Shown piece after piece: positions 44,510-54,726 of a stretch of 64,000 bases of DNA. The stretch comes from an uncultured Bacilli bacterium (GTDB lineage Bacteria; Bacillota_I; Bacilli_A; RF39; UBA660). Location: assembly GCA_934090795.1 (NCBI GenBank), contig CAKOJQ010000002.1, positions 13,250-77,249 on the forward strand. The letters run 5' to 3'. A model generated the notes under the pieces. The model was not told the origin of the DNA and made no database searches. It was given only the letters and a program-made list of their open reading frames with translations. Positions within the stretch are counted from its first letter, which is position 1, and every line of letters starts with the position of its first letter. The translations under genes were made by a program, and so were the position numbers.

Positions 44510-47047
44510 ATGACTGGACTAAGCAATGAAGAAGTTGTTAAAAGTAGAGAAAAATATGGTAGTAATGAAGTTAATGTTAAAAATAAAAATACTTTTTTTA
44601 GGTTGTTAATTGAATCTTTAGGGGATCCAATGATTAGAATACTTTTAATAGTTTTAGTTATTAAATTAGTGTTCATATTTGCGGATGAGAGTTGGTTTGA
44701 GACACTTGGGATATTTATAGCAATATTTTTTGCAACATTAATTAGTACTTTAAGTGAATATGGTTCTAATAAAGCGTTTAATAGACTATTTAAAGAAAAT
44801 AATATTAAAGAATGTAAAGTTAAAAGAGATAATAATTTAAAAATTATTAAGATTAGTGAAGTTGTTGTAGGAGACATTATTTATTTAAATGGTGGAGACT
44901 ATGTTCCGGCAGATGGAGTATTAGTTGATGGAGAAATATCTTTAGATGAAGCAAGTATTAGTGGAGAAAGTAAGGATATTCAAAAGAAAACAAACGATAA
45001 AATTTTTAAAGGAACAACAGTAACTAGCGGAGAAGCTATTATGAAAGTTACTTTAGTTGGTGAAAATACAATGCATGGTGCTATAACTATGGAATTGTCT
45101 GATGTAAGTGAAAATAGTCCTTTAAAAACAAGACTTACACATTTAGCGAGAATAATTAGTACAATTGGTTATATTGGAGCTTTTTTAGTATTTTTTTCTT
45201 ATTTATTTTCAGTTATTGTTATTGCTAATAAGTTTAATTTAAGTTTAATTATTAAATTTGTTAGTAATATTCCTTCATTAATTAATCATATAATTTATGC
45301 TATTACTTTAGCAGTTACAATCATTGTTGTCTCAGTTCCTGAAGGATTACCATTAATGGTTGCACTTGTTCTTTCAACCAATATGAAAAAGATGATTAAA
45401 AAGAATGTATTAGTTAAAAAGATGGTTGGTATTGAAACAGCAGGTTCTTTAAATGTGTTGTTATCAGATAAGACAGGAACTTTAACTAATGGAAAGTTAT
45501 CGCTTTATGGAGTAGTAACTCATGAAAATAAAATGTTTAATGATGAAATTGAGATAACTAAGTATAGTGAGTATTATAGATTAGTAGGAAATGCCTGTGT
45601 TTTAAATAATGATGCAATTGTCAGTGAAAATAATATTATTAATGGTAATGCGACTGATAAAGCAATAATTAAATTTTTTTCTTATAAGCCAGTAGATAAA
45701 ATAATTAGAAAAGAATCATTTAGTAGTGATAAAAAGTATTCTAGTGTCGAAACTAAAGAGTATGTATATTATAAAGGTGCACCTGATGTAATTATTCCAA
45801 GATGTAAATATAGTTATTTTAATCAAAAAGAATTAATAGATAAAAATAGAGTTAATAATATTGTTTCAAGATATATGAATAAAGGATTTAGAGTTATTGC
45901 TCTTGCTTATAAAAGTAAAGTATCAGATGATTTAATTTATTTAGGATGTATTTTACTTAAAGATGAGATAAGAAAAGATGCTAAAAATGGAGTTAAATTA
46001 ATAAAAAGTGCTGGTGTTAATTTAATAATGGTTACAGGAGATTCTTTAGATACTGCTATGTATATTGGTAGAGAACTTGATTTATATAAAGATGGTGATG
46101 TTTGTTTAACTAGTTCTGATTTGAGTCTAATGAGTGATGATGAATTAAAGACCATGGCAAATAGGCTTAAAATAGTTGCACGAGCAAAACCTACTGATAA
46201 GAGTAGGTTAGTTAGAATATTTAAAGAATTAAATTTAGTTGTTGGTATGACTGGTGACGGAATTAATGATGCGGCTGCCTTAAAAAAATGCGATGTTGGT
46301 TTTGCAATGGGAAGTGGTGCTGATGTTGCTAAAGAAGCAGCTGATATAGTTATTCTTGATGATAATATAAGTTCAATAAGTATGGCTATTTTATTTGGTA
46401 GAACTATTTTTAAGAATATTAGAAAATTTATTATATTTCAGTTAACAGTAAATATTTGTGCTATGAGTTTATCAATTGTAGGACCATTTATTGGAATTAG
46501 TACTCCTGTAACAGTTATGCAAATGCTTTGGATAAATATGATTATGGATTCTTTAGCCTCCTTAGCGTTTGCTTATGAAAATCCAAGTTTAGAATATATG
46601 AATGAAAAACCTAAGAATAAAGATGAACATATAATTAATAAATACATGTATGGCGAAATAATAATAACCGGTTTATATTCTAGTTTATTATGTATCTTAT
46701 TTTTAAAGTTACCTATATTTAAAGAATTAATTAGATTTGATATTGATAATAAATATTTTTTAACTGCATTTTTTACTTTATTTGTGTTTATAGGAATATT
46801 TAATGCATTTAATGCTAGAACTAGTAGATTAAATTTATTTTCCAACATATTAGGAAATAAAGTATTTATTATTATCTTTACTCTAGTTAGTGTTATTCAA
46901 ATATATTTTATATATCATGGTGGTAGTTTATTTAGAACTTATGGTTTAACCTTAAAAGAGTTATTAATATGTCTAGGACTTGCTTTTACAGTTATTCCTT
47001 TTGATTTATTAAGAAAATATTTAATAGGAAGTAAAGATTATGTTTAA
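44510..47047 (+). CDS. P-type Ca2+-transporting ATPase (type IIA)
   Basis: DKTGTLT, TGES-like SGES, MTGDGINDAAALK and 10 TM segments. GGAGG RBS before the ATG at 44510. Confidence 0.85.
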   Translation: MTGLSNEEVVKSREKYGSNEVNVKNKNTFFRLLIESLGDPMIRILLIVLVIKLVFIFADESWFETLGIFIAIFFATLISTLSEYGSNKAFNRLFKENNIKECKVKRDNNLKIIKISEVVVGDIIYLNGGDYVPADGVLVDGEISLDEASISGESKDIQKKTNDKIFKGTTVTSGEAIMKVTLVGENTMHGAITMELSDVSENSPLKTRLTHLARIISTIGYIGAFLVFFSYLFSVIVIANKFNLSLIIKFVSNIPSLINHIIYAITLAVTIIVVSVPEGLPLMVALVLSTNMKKMIKKNVLVKKMVGIETAGSLNVLLSDKTGTLTNGKLSLYGVVTHENKMFNDEIEITKYSEYYRLVGNACVLNNDAIVSENNIINGNATDKAIIKFFSYKPVDKIIRKESFSSDKKYSSVETKEYVYYKGAPDVIIPRCKYSYFNQKELIDKNRVNNIVSRYMNKGFRVIALAYKSKVSDDLIYLGCILLKDEIRKDAKNGVKLIKSAGVNLIMVTGDSLDTAMYIGRELDLYKDGDVCLTSSDLSLMSDDELKTMANRLKIVARAKPTDKSRLVRIFKELNLVVGMTGDGINDAAALKKCDVGFAMGSGADVAKEAADIVILDDNISSISMAILFGRTIFKNIRKFIIFQLTVNICAMSLSIVGPFIGISTPVTVMQMLWINMIMDSLASLAFAYENPSLEYMNEKPKNKDEHIINKYMYGEIIITGLYSSLLCILFLKLPIFKELIRFDIDNKYFLTAFFTLFVFIGIFNAFNARTSRLNLFSNILGNKVFIIIFTLVSVIQIYFIYHGGSLFRTYGLTLKELLICLGLAFTVIPFDLLRKYLIGSKDYV

Positions 47048-47542
47048 TTATTTGATATAACCATTTTTAACTATTCTTGTATCGTTTACTATAATGAAGG
47101 AACTATCATCTATTTTAGAGATAGTTTCTTTTAATTCATTTAATCTTGATTTTTCAATTTCAATAATAAGTAAGTGTTTATTATCTTCTGTTTTAATAGA
47201 AGTAATACCAAAGTTTTTATCTTTAAACTCTCTAATTTTATCTTTAGTTATTTTATTTGATATAACATTTACAGTTAGGTGGCCTTTGATGTATTTTGAA
47301 GAAATAAAAGTTCCAATATAAGTACCAGTTGCATATCCTAAAGCATAAGATATTGGAATGAATATTGAATTTATTTCCATAGATAAAGCAGTTCTTGCAG
47401 CATAAAACCAGATGATAAGTTCAAAAAAAGATATTATAAAAGATGTTAATCTTTTTTCTTTAAATATATAAAATGTTTTAATTGTTCCTAATGTAACATC
47501 AATAATTCTTGCCGTAAATATTTTAAGACATAATAATATCAT
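47048..47542 (-). CDS. UPF0316 / DUF2179 membrane protein (YebE-like)
   Basis: N-terminus ARIIDVTLGTIKT and a C-terminal DUF2179-like domain. Confidence 0.6.
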   Translation of the reverse strand: MILLCLKIFTARIIDVTLGTIKTFYIFKEKRLTSFIISFFELIIWFYAARTALSMEINSIFIPISYALGYATGTYIGTFISSKYIKGHLTVNVISNKITKDKIREFKDKNFGITSIKTEDNKHLLIIEIEKSRLNELKETISKIDDSSFIIVNDTRIVKNGYIK

Positions 47543-47627
47543 AATCGTACCTCACTAATTATTATGGTTAATAAAATATAATATAACCAATTTTTAGATT
47601 AAACATAGACTATTTTAGGAGGTTAGT

Positions 47628-48041
47628 ATGTTATTTAATTTAGAAAATGAGGATGTACTTAAAAGTTATTTTAATTTAGATAGAGATGATGTTCTTAATC
47701 CAGATGAAGGACTTGTTTTAGGTAATTTATTTTTAGATGAATATGTGCCATATAAAAATTATAAACCTTATAAGATTAAACCTACTTCTGATAAAGATGC
47801 TATGCTTTTAAAGATTAGAGAATATTGTTTTGCTATTGATGATTTAAATTTAAAACTTGATTTAGAACCTAATAATAGGAAATTATATGATTTATTTAAG
47901 ACTTACAATGAAAGATTAAAAGTATTGGTTAAAGATTATGAAGAAAAATATGAAGTTTTAGATTTAAATGATGATTTAAAGGGTAGATATACTTGGTATA
48001 ATGGTAAATGGCCTTGGGAAGGAGATTATAGAAATGTTTAA
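47628..48041 (+). CDS. cotJB: Spore coat protein CotJB with a CotJA-like N-terminal extension (apparent CotJA-CotJB fusion)
   Basis: Residues ~60-137 match CotJB (REYCFAIDDLNLKLDLEPNN…YEEKY). Residues ~20-50 carry the CotJA-like motif EGLVLGNLFLDEYVPY. AGGAGG RBS. Confidence 0.65.
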   Translation: MLFNLENEDVLKSYFNLDRDDVLNPDEGLVLGNLFLDEYVPYKNYKPYKIKPTSDKDAMLLKIREYCFAIDDLNLKLDLEPNNRKLYDLFKTYNERLKVLVKDYEEKYEVLDLNDDLKGRYTWYNGKWPWEGDYRNV

Positions 48042-48588
48042 ATATAAGAAGATGCTTCCTTTTCCTATTAATTTAAAGAAAAAAGATATTAAAATGGCTA
48101 AATATTTAATTACTCAATATGGTGGAGCAAATGGAGAGTTAGGTGCTGCTTTAAGATATTTTAGTCAAAAATTTTCAATGCCAACTGATGAAGGTAGAGC
48201 ACTTTTAAATGATATTGCTACTGAAGAGTTTGGACATGCTGAAATGATTTGTGTAATGGTTCATCAATTATTAGATGGTGCTACAAAAGAGGAATTAGAA
48301 GCAAATGGACTAACTAGTAATTATGTAGAGAATGGTTATGGTATTTATCCAATTAATTCTAATGGAGTACCATTTACAGTTTCTTATTTTGCTTCAATTG
48401 GTGATTCAGTTGCTGATTTAGCAGAGGATATGGCAGCAGAAGAAAAAGCAAGAGCTACTTATGAACATTTAATAGATATTGCAGAAGATCCCGAATTAAT
48501 AAATATTTTATTATTTTTAAGACAAAGGGAAATAGTTCATTATAATAGATTTAAGAAATTATATGAAAAATATAAATATAATAAATAA
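48034..48588 (+). CDS. cotJC: Spore coat protein CotJC (manganese-catalase family)
   Basis: GELGAALRYFSQ and EEFGHAEMI di-metal motifs. Overlaps the cotJB stop by 8 nt. Confidence 0.85.
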   Translation: MFKYKKMLPFPINLKKKDIKMAKYLITQYGGANGELGAALRYFSQKFSMPTDEGRALLNDIATEEFGHAEMICVMVHQLLDGATKEELEANGLTSNYVENGYGIYPINSNGVPFTVSYFASIGDSVADLAEDMAAEEKARATYEHLIDIAEDPELINILLFLRQREIVHYNRFKKLYEKYKYNK

Positions 48589-48632
48589 AGATTACTATTA
48601 TTAGATTACTATTATTAGATTACTATTATTAG
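48589..48632. repeat. Perfect tandem repeat, 3 x 14 bp (ATTACTATTATTAG)
   Basis: Three exact consecutive copies immediately after the cotJC stop codon. Confidence 0.9.
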
Positions 48633-48696
48633 TAGTCTTTTGATTTTGTTTAAAAATAATGATATATTTTTGTTAACAAAAAGAGGAGTAGTGTTT

Positions 48697-49008
48697 GTGA
48701 AATTAATTTGCTTATTTATTCCTGGCGTATTTGCTAGTAGTATCCATATTGATAAATTAAAAGTTAAAGGTAAAGAAGAAAAAATTAAACTATATTTAAT
48801 ATATACTTTTTTAATAAATATGTTTATATTTATAATTTTAAATTTTTATTGTAAAGATTCTAATATTTTATTTAACAATGATTTAATAACTATTAGTTTT
48901 ATTATGAAATTTATGATATTATCTTTATTATTAGCTATCTTATTACCATTTGTTTATGTATTTATTAATAATAATGTTGAAATTAAATTAATAAGGAGAA
49001 GTAAATGA
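48697..49008 (+). CDS. Small polytopic membrane protein
   Basis: AGAGGAG RBS before GTG 48697; the track starts at upstream TTG 48640. About 3 TM helices. Overlaps the next gene by 4 nt. Confidence 0.5.
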   Translation: MKLICLFIPGVFASSIHIDKLKVKGKEEKIKLYLIYTFLINMFIFIILNFYCKDSNILFNNDLITISFIMKFMILSLLLAILLPFVYVFINNNVEIKLIRRSK

Positions 49009-50513
49009 AAAGACATAAATTGATTATTAACTATATTTTACTTTTTTTAGGTATTTTCTTTTTTGTTGTTACTTTATGGGCTAAAGCTAATTGTGCATTT
49101 ACATCTTTTGATGAAATACTTTATACAATAACTTCTCCTTTAGAAGGAACTGGTAATGGGATGATATTTAAATTTATTCTTATTAATATTGGAATTCCTA
49201 TTTTAGTTTTATTAGTGGTAATTGGTATAAGAAACTTAAGAAAGGATTATGATTTAATTGTTAAGATAAATTTATTTAAGAAGAATATTAAATTTAATTT
49301 GTTACATTTCAAGTTTGATAAGCTTTTTAAATATGTTCCATTATTATTATTTATTATTTCTTTTTGGTATATGGGAACTAAGTTATATTTTTTTAAGTTT
49401 ATGGGTTATCAATTTAAAAAATCTAATTTTATTGAAGAAAATTATGTAAGTCCAAAGGATGTTTTACTTGAATTTCCAGATAATAAAAGAAATTTAATTT
49501 ATATTTATTTAGAATCTATGGAAATGACATATGCTGATAAAGATAGTGGTGGAAGTTTTGATAAGAATTATATACCTGAATTATCTAGTTTAGCTAAAAA
49601 GAATATAAATTTTTCTAATACGGATAATTTAGGTGGAGCTTATGTAGTTGGAGCATCAACTTGGACAATTGGAGCCATGGTTGCACAAACTACAGGACTT
49701 CCTTTAAAAACACCTTTTAATGGTAATTTACTACTTAATTATTATAATGAGATAGTACCGGGTGCTTATTCTCTAGGTGAAATATTAGAGAATAATGGTT
49801 ATAAAAATTATATTATGTTTGGTTCTGATGCGGTGTTTGCTGGTAGAGATGTTTATTATAAAAATCATGGTAATTATAAAATTTATGATTATTATAGTGC
49901 AATGGATGATGGAATTATCGATAAAGATTATTTTGTTTTTTGGGGTATGGAAGATGAAAAACTATTTACTTATGCAAAAAAAGAATTAAAAAAGATTTCT
50001 AAAAATAATGAACCTTTTAATTTTACAATGTTAACTGTTGATACTCATTTTATGGATGGATACACAAGTGATTTTTGTAAAAAAGTAAGTGATAATATTT
50101 ATTTAAATTCAGTTGCTTGTTCTAGTTATCAAGTTAATGAATTTATTAAATGGTTACAAAAACAAAGTTTTTATGATAATACGACAATTGTTATTGTAGG
50201 TGATCATTTAAGCATGAATAATTATTCTTTTGATAATATTTCTGATATTGATAGAACTGTTTATAATACGTTTATTAATAGTGGTGTAAAAAGTGAAAAT
50301 ACAAATAATAGAATATTTTCAACAATGGATTATTTTCCAACAACTATAGCTTCGTTAGGTGCAACAATTGATGGAGATAGATTAGGTCTTGGTACTAACT
50401 TATTTAGCGATAAGAAAACATTAATTGAAGAATATGGACTTGAATATGTTAATACGGAATTAAACAAAAATTCTAAATATTATAATAACTGTATAATAAA
50501 TAAAAAATGCTAA
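49005..50513 (+). CDS. LTA synthase / phosphoglycerol transferase family (sulfatase-fold) membrane protein
   Basis: N-terminal TM helices plus an extracellular sulfatase-like domain (YLESMEMT, TWTIGAM, LTVDTHF, VGDHL). Confidence 0.7.
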   Translation: MKRHKLIINYILLFLGIFFFVVTLWAKANCAFTSFDEILYTITSPLEGTGNGMIFKFILINIGIPILVLLVVIGIRNLRKDYDLIVKINLFKKNIKFNLLHFKFDKLFKYVPLLLFIISFWYMGTKLYFFKFMGYQFKKSNFIEENYVSPKDVLLEFPDNKRNLIYIYLESMEMTYADKDSGGSFDKNYIPELSSLAKKNINFSNTDNLGGAYVVGASTWTIGAMVAQTTGLPLKTPFNGNLLLNYYNEIVPGAYSLGEILENNGYKNYIMFGSDAVFAGRDVYYKNHGNYKIYDYYSAMDDGIIDKDYFVFWGMEDEKLFTYAKKELKKISKNNEPFNFTMLTVDTHFMDGYTSDFCKKVSDNIYLNSVACSSYQVNEFIKWLQKQSFYDNTTIVIVGDHLSMNNYSFDNISDIDRTVYNTFINSGVKSENTNNRIFSTMDYFPTTIASLGATIDGDRLGLGTNLFSDKKTLIEEYGLEYVNTELNKNSKYYNNCIINKKC

Positions 50514-50538
50514 AAAATAATATAGCTATGTAGCTATA

Positions 50539-51255
50539 TTATTTTTTAGATATAGAATATTTAGTTTTTTTCTTTTGATTTAATTCCATTTCTAATTTAA
50601 AGTTTGGATTTATTATTAAAATCCATTCAATATTTTTTGTAGTTAATAATTTTATTAATGTTTCTAAATTTGAATCAAAGCAAATGCAAGTTTCATATAT
50701 TAAAGTAGCTTTTAGTGGTTTAAAGTATTCTAAAATTTTGGGGTGAACTTTTAAATTATTATCAGTAAACGCTGTAAATTTATTGTAATTGCTAAAATTC
50801 GCAAAAATGTAATAAGTGTTGTTTAAGTTAATACTATAAATAAATGAATTAAGAATATCGATGACTAATTGTTTAGTTTGATAAAAATATTTTTCGTCTT
50901 CTAATATTTCTTTTCTTTTTTGCTTTAAAAGTTCTAATTCATTAAGCCTTGTAGTTCTATTATTATTGATTAAATTTCTTTTGGTAGTATAAATATTTAT
51001 TACTTTTTCTAAACTTTTTAATTTTTCTGAATTATTTGTTTTTTGTTTAGAATAGTCTAATTTTTTTAAAGCAATATCTATTTGATTTAATTCAATATCT
51101 TCTTTTTCTTTTATTTCAAAATGTGTTTTTTCTTTTAATTTTATAACATGATTAATTACATAATAATCATCACCATATTCAACATTTTTTACTTTTTCCA
51201 TATTTTGATTTATTAGTTCTATAATTTTATTTAGTTCATTTAATTGTTCTTCCAT
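50539..51255 (-). CDS. Hypothetical coiled-coil protein
   Basis: CAGGGG RBS. No family recognised. Confidence 0.5.
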   Translation of the reverse strand: MEEQLNELNKIIELINQNMEKVKNVEYGDDYYVINHVIKLKEKTHFEIKEKEDIELNQIDIALKKLDYSKQKTNNSEKLKSLEKVINIYTTKRNLINNNRTTRLNELELLKQKRKEILEDEKYFYQTKQLVIDILNSFIYSINLNNTYYIFANFSNYNKFTAFTDNNLKVHPKILEYFKPLKATLIYETCICFDSNLETLIKLLTTKNIEWILIINPNFKLEMELNQKKKTKYSISKK

Positions 51256-51391
51256 AATTACCCCTGTTTCTTAGTAAGTTATTATATATTAAAGAACAAG
51301 TAGTGTCAAATAAAAATATTTTTTGGGATTATAAACATATATGGTATAATCTAATTAGATAGGTTTATTAGGAAATGTAAGTGAGGTAAGT

Positions 51392-52666
51392 ATGAATAAA
51401 GAAAAAAAGAATAGATGCTTATATAGATGTGAAAGTATAACTGATGGATATGAGTATAGTAAATTGGCAAAGTATTTTCCAAAAAGAATATATTGGGTAT
51501 ATATTAAATTAGGAACTTTATTAAATTTTGTTATAACAGGTTTTATTTCATTACTTTTTAAAAATCGGATTATTAGTTTAATTTTCTTTGTTTTATTAGA
51601 AATATATATTTTTATTTATTATAAAACTTGTTTAGAATCTGTAACTGAAAGATTTCAAAATAATAGAATTAAAAAAGGTATGGCAGAGGCTAGTGGTGAA
51701 AATGAGTTTTATGAAGATTACATTATAATTAGTGATAAAAAAAGTTCTGTAACTATTAATTACTCTGAAATAAGTAGATGTGTGGAAACTGATACTAATT
51801 TTTATTTTGAATATCCTAATAAAAATATAATTATAATTATACAAAAGAATAAATGTGATTTAGAATTAATTAATTTTATAAGAAGTAAGTTCAAAAATTT
51901 GGAGAATAATTTAGGAGATAATTCAAAAATTAAAGGAGTAGATAATTTTAAAAATATTGATAATACATTATCAATAAGTTATTTTATGACTTTTTTATTT
52001 ATTTTAACTATTGGTAGTTTATGGGGCGCTTTATGGTTATATTCTGTAATTGATGAATTAAATCCTCAACATGGGTTTAATTTTCTAAAAAATACTTGGA
52101 TATTTTGGTGTTGGTTACCTATTCCAATTACATCAATAGTGCTAGGTTACAAATATAAAAATAAAGGAATAAATTGTACTAAAAATATTGTTGGTGGATT
52201 TATAATAGTTTTTTTATTATTAATTTATGGTTCTTTTTGTTTGATGCCAACTTTTAATGAAGACTATAGTAAAATTAATGATTATAGGAATTATATAGAT
52301 GCTAATATACCTAGTAGTGGGGAGTTAGAAATTCATTATTGGGGAAATTATATTGATGATGATAAAAAGGAATATTCTATTATTAATGTTTATTATGATA
52401 AAGAAGATGTTAGTAGTTTAGTTAGTAGTATTGAAAATAGTAAGAATTGGATTTTAAGTACTAAAATAAAATCTGAACTTAAAATATTATTACCTTCTCA
52501 GTTTAGGGCTAAAGAAGATTTATATTATTCAGTTTATAACAAAACTACTAATGAATATAATGTTATTCCTGAAGAATCTGGAATTTATGAAATATATGCT
52601 ATGTCCTATGATAAAAATAAAAAGGAACTAATAATACACAAATATAAACTTATGTATAATAAGTGA
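51392..52666 (+). CDS. Membrane protein with a YcxB-like N-terminal module
   Basis: Two TM helices followed by a YcxB-like segment (FYEDYIIISDKKSSVTINYSEI…TNFYFEY), then 4 more TM helices and a soluble tail. Confidence 0.4.
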   Translation: MNKEKKNRCLYRCESITDGYEYSKLAKYFPKRIYWVYIKLGTLLNFVITGFISLLFKNRIISLIFFVLLEIYIFIYYKTCLESVTERFQNNRIKKGMAEASGENEFYEDYIIISDKKSSVTINYSEISRCVETDTNFYFEYPNKNIIIIIQKNKCDLELINFIRSKFKNLENNLGDNSKIKGVDNFKNIDNTLSISYFMTFLFILTIGSLWGALWLYSVIDELNPQHGFNFLKNTWIFWCWLPIPITSIVLGYKYKNKGINCTKNIVGGFIIVFLLLIYGSFCLMPTFNEDYSKINDYRNYIDANIPSSGELEIHYWGNYIDDDKKEYSIINVYYDKEDVSSLVSSIENSKNWILSTKIKSELKILLPSQFRAKEDLYYSVYNKTTNEYNVIPEESGIYEIYAMSYDKNKKELIIHKYKLMYNK

Positions 52667-52693
52667 GATACTATGTTAAATGGTATCTTTTTT
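52666..52693 (+). terminator. Rho-independent terminator
   Basis: AGATAC-(11 nt)-GTATCT followed by a T-tract. Confidence 0.7.
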
Positions 52694-52700
52694 GTTAAAT

Positions 52701-52730
52701 AAAAAAGCACTATCAAGAAATAATAGTGTC
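52701..52730 (-). terminator. Terminator downstream of tRNA-Trp
   Basis: On the minus strand: CACTAT-tatttcttg-ATAGTG, then CTTTTTT. Confidence 0.6.
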
Positions 52731-52744
52731 TTTATATACAATCA

Positions 52745-52818
52745 TGGCAGGGGTGGAGAGAATCGAACTCCCATCAAAAGTTTTGGAGACTCCTATGCTA
52801 CCATTATACCACACCCCT
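52745..52818 (-). tRNA. tRNA-Trp: tRNA-Trp (anticodon CCA)
   Basis: Reverse complement AGGGGTGTGGTATAATGGTAGCATAGGAGTCTCCAAAACTTTTGATGGGAGTTCGATTCTCTCCACCCCTGCCA. Acceptor stem AGGGGTG/CACCCCT, anticodon loop CTCCAAA, T-loop TTCGATT, CCA encoded. Confidence 0.9.
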
Positions 52819-52900
52819 GTGTGTATGAACTAATTATAGCATAAAATTAGATTATTTCAATATTTTTGTTATTAAAACATATAATAAAATGGTGATTATT

Positions 52901-53323
52901 ATGTTAATTAATTATACAAGTAAGGAACTTGATATGATGGCTAGGCTTATGAGGGCTGAGGCGCTAGCTGAAGGAAATTTAGGGATGCTTATGGTTGGAA
53001 ATGTTATAGTTAATAGAGCAATAGCCTCTTGTTATACATTTAAAAATATTAGAAGTATAAGTAAGGTAGTTAATCAAAATCCTGGTGGATTTAGTGGAGT
53101 CAATAGTTCATTATATGTTGGTTCTGCAACAACAAAAGAAAAACAATTAGCTGAAAGATGTTTAAAAGGCGAATATTATTATCCGGCAACTCATGCGTTA
53201 TGGTTTTATGCTCCTGGAAAAAGTTCTTGTCGTGCAAATTGGTATGATCAACCTTTTGCTGGTAGTTATAAAAACCATTGTTTTTATAAACCGAATAGTG
53301 GTGTATGTCAAGAATTGTATTAA
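52901..53323 (+). CDS. Spore cortex-lytic cell-wall hydrolase (SleB/CwlJ family)
   Basis: MARLMRAEALAEGNLGMLMVGNVIVNR is the Hydrolase_2 signature. Its size of ~140 aa is CwlJ-like. Confidence 0.75.
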   Translation: MLINYTSKELDMMARLMRAEALAEGNLGMLMVGNVIVNRAIASCYTFKNIRSISKVVNQNPGGFSGVNSSLYVGSATTKEKQLAERCLKGEYYYPATHALWFYAPGKSSCRANWYDQPFAGSYKNHCFYKPNSGVCQELY

Positions 53324-53362
53324 ATATAGATATTTTATGATTGATGTTATATAATTTTAATT

Positions 53363-53977
53363 ATGAAAAGAAAATATAAGTATTTAAAAATATTGTTAAT
53401 AATTATAGCTTTAATTTGGACATTATTAGTTGTAACTAATCAATTTAAAGTGATAGATAATTGGATATATAATTTGTTAATTAGTTTAAAATGTGACTTT
53501 TTTACTAACTTCTTTAAAGTAATTACTTTTTTTGGAAGTGTCAAATTTATTGTTATTCTTAATGTTTTAGCTATTATATATGGAATTGTTAAGAAAAATA
53601 ATAAATGTTTTATAATAGTCTTCTTTTCAGCGTGTAGTTCATTTGTAAACTCATTATTAAAAGTAATTGTCAAAAGAGAAAGACCTGATATAAGTTTATG
53701 GTTGGTAAGTGAGAATAATTTTAGTTTTCCATCAGGACATTCAATGACATCTTTTGTTTTTTATGGGATAATTTGCTATTTTATTTATAATAGTAAAATT
53801 AGTTTAAATAATAAAAGAGTGATTATTTCTTTACTTGGCTTACTGGTTATTTTAATTGGTATGAGTAGAATATATTTGGGAGTACATTATTTTTCTGATG
53901 TAATAGGTGGTTTCTTGTGGGGATTTGTAGTATTATTATTAGGAATTAATTATTTGAATAGGAGAGAAATAGAATGA
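53363..53977 (+). CDS. PAP2-family membrane phosphatase (BcrC-like candidate)
   Basis: KRERPD, PSGHS and SRIYLGVHYFSD motifs. Confidence 0.8.
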   Translation: MKRKYKYLKILLIIIALIWTLLVVTNQFKVIDNWIYNLLISLKCDFFTNFFKVITFFGSVKFIVILNVLAIIYGIVKKNNKCFIIVFFSACSSFVNSLLKVIVKRERPDISLWLVSENNFSFPSGHSMTSFVFYGIICYFIYNSKISLNNKRVIISLLGLLVILIGMSRIYLGVHYFSDVIGGFLWGFVVLLLGINYLNRREIE

Positions 53978-54726
53978 AAGCATTAATTACTGGAGCATCT
54001 TCAGGTATAGGTAAAGATATGGCTATTTATTTAGATAGTTTAGGATATGAAGTTTTTTTGGTAGGTAGAAATAAAGAAAGACTTCAAGAGACTGCTAATT
54101 TATGTAAAAACGCAAAAGCAATATATGATTATGATTTATCGATTGATGCTAATGTTTATAAGTTGTATGAAAAAGTTAAGGGTGAAAAAATTGATTTACT
54201 TATAAATAATGCTGGTTTTGGATTATTTGGATTTTTTGATGAAACTGATTTAGATAAAGAATTAGAAATGATTGATGTTAATATAAAGGCTTTACATATT
54301 TTAACTAAGTTATTTTTAAGGAATATGGTTAAATATAATAAAGGTAAAATTCTTAATGTAGCATCATCAGCGGGATTTTTTGCTGGACCTTATTTAAACA
54401 CTTATTATGCAACTAAAAATTATGTTCTTAAACTTACAATGGCAATTAATGAAGAATTAAGGATTAAGAAATCTAATGTTACCATTAGTGCTTTGTGTCC
54501 AGGACCGGTTAATACAAATTTTAATAGTGTAGCTGGTGGTGGATTTAATACAAGAAGTTTAAGTAGTAGTTATGTTGCTAAATATGGAATTGATAAAGCG
54601 TTAAAGGGGAAAATGATAATTATTCCTGGTACGATGATGAAACTCGGAATATTCTTTTCTAGATTTTTACCATATAGATTACAATTAAAGATTTTATATA
54701 AAATTCAAAGAAAGAAGGAAAAATAA
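53974..54726 (+). CDS. Short-chain dehydrogenase/reductase (SDR)
   Basis: TGASSGIGK, NNAG and YYATK motifs. 4-nt overlap with the upstream gene. Confidence 0.85.
   Translation: MKALITGASSGIGKDMAIYLDSLGYEVFLVGRNKERLQETANLCKNAKAIYDYDLSIDANVYKLYEKVKGEKIDLLINNAGFGLFGFFDETDLDKELEMIDVNIKALHILTKLFLRNMVKYNKGKILNVASSAGFFAGPYLNTYYATKNYVLKLTMAINEELRIKKSNVTISALCPGPVNTNFNSVAGGGFNTRSLSSSYVAKYGIDKALKGKMIIIPGTMMKLGIFFSRFLPYRLQLKILYKIQRKKEK

Noticed and set aside
47604-47611. Sigma-E-like -10 element (CATAGACT) upstream of the cotJ operon
   Set aside because: It lies only ~6 nt before the RBS, so the predicted transcription start would fall within the Shine-Dalgarno sequence. I found no convincing -35 partner.
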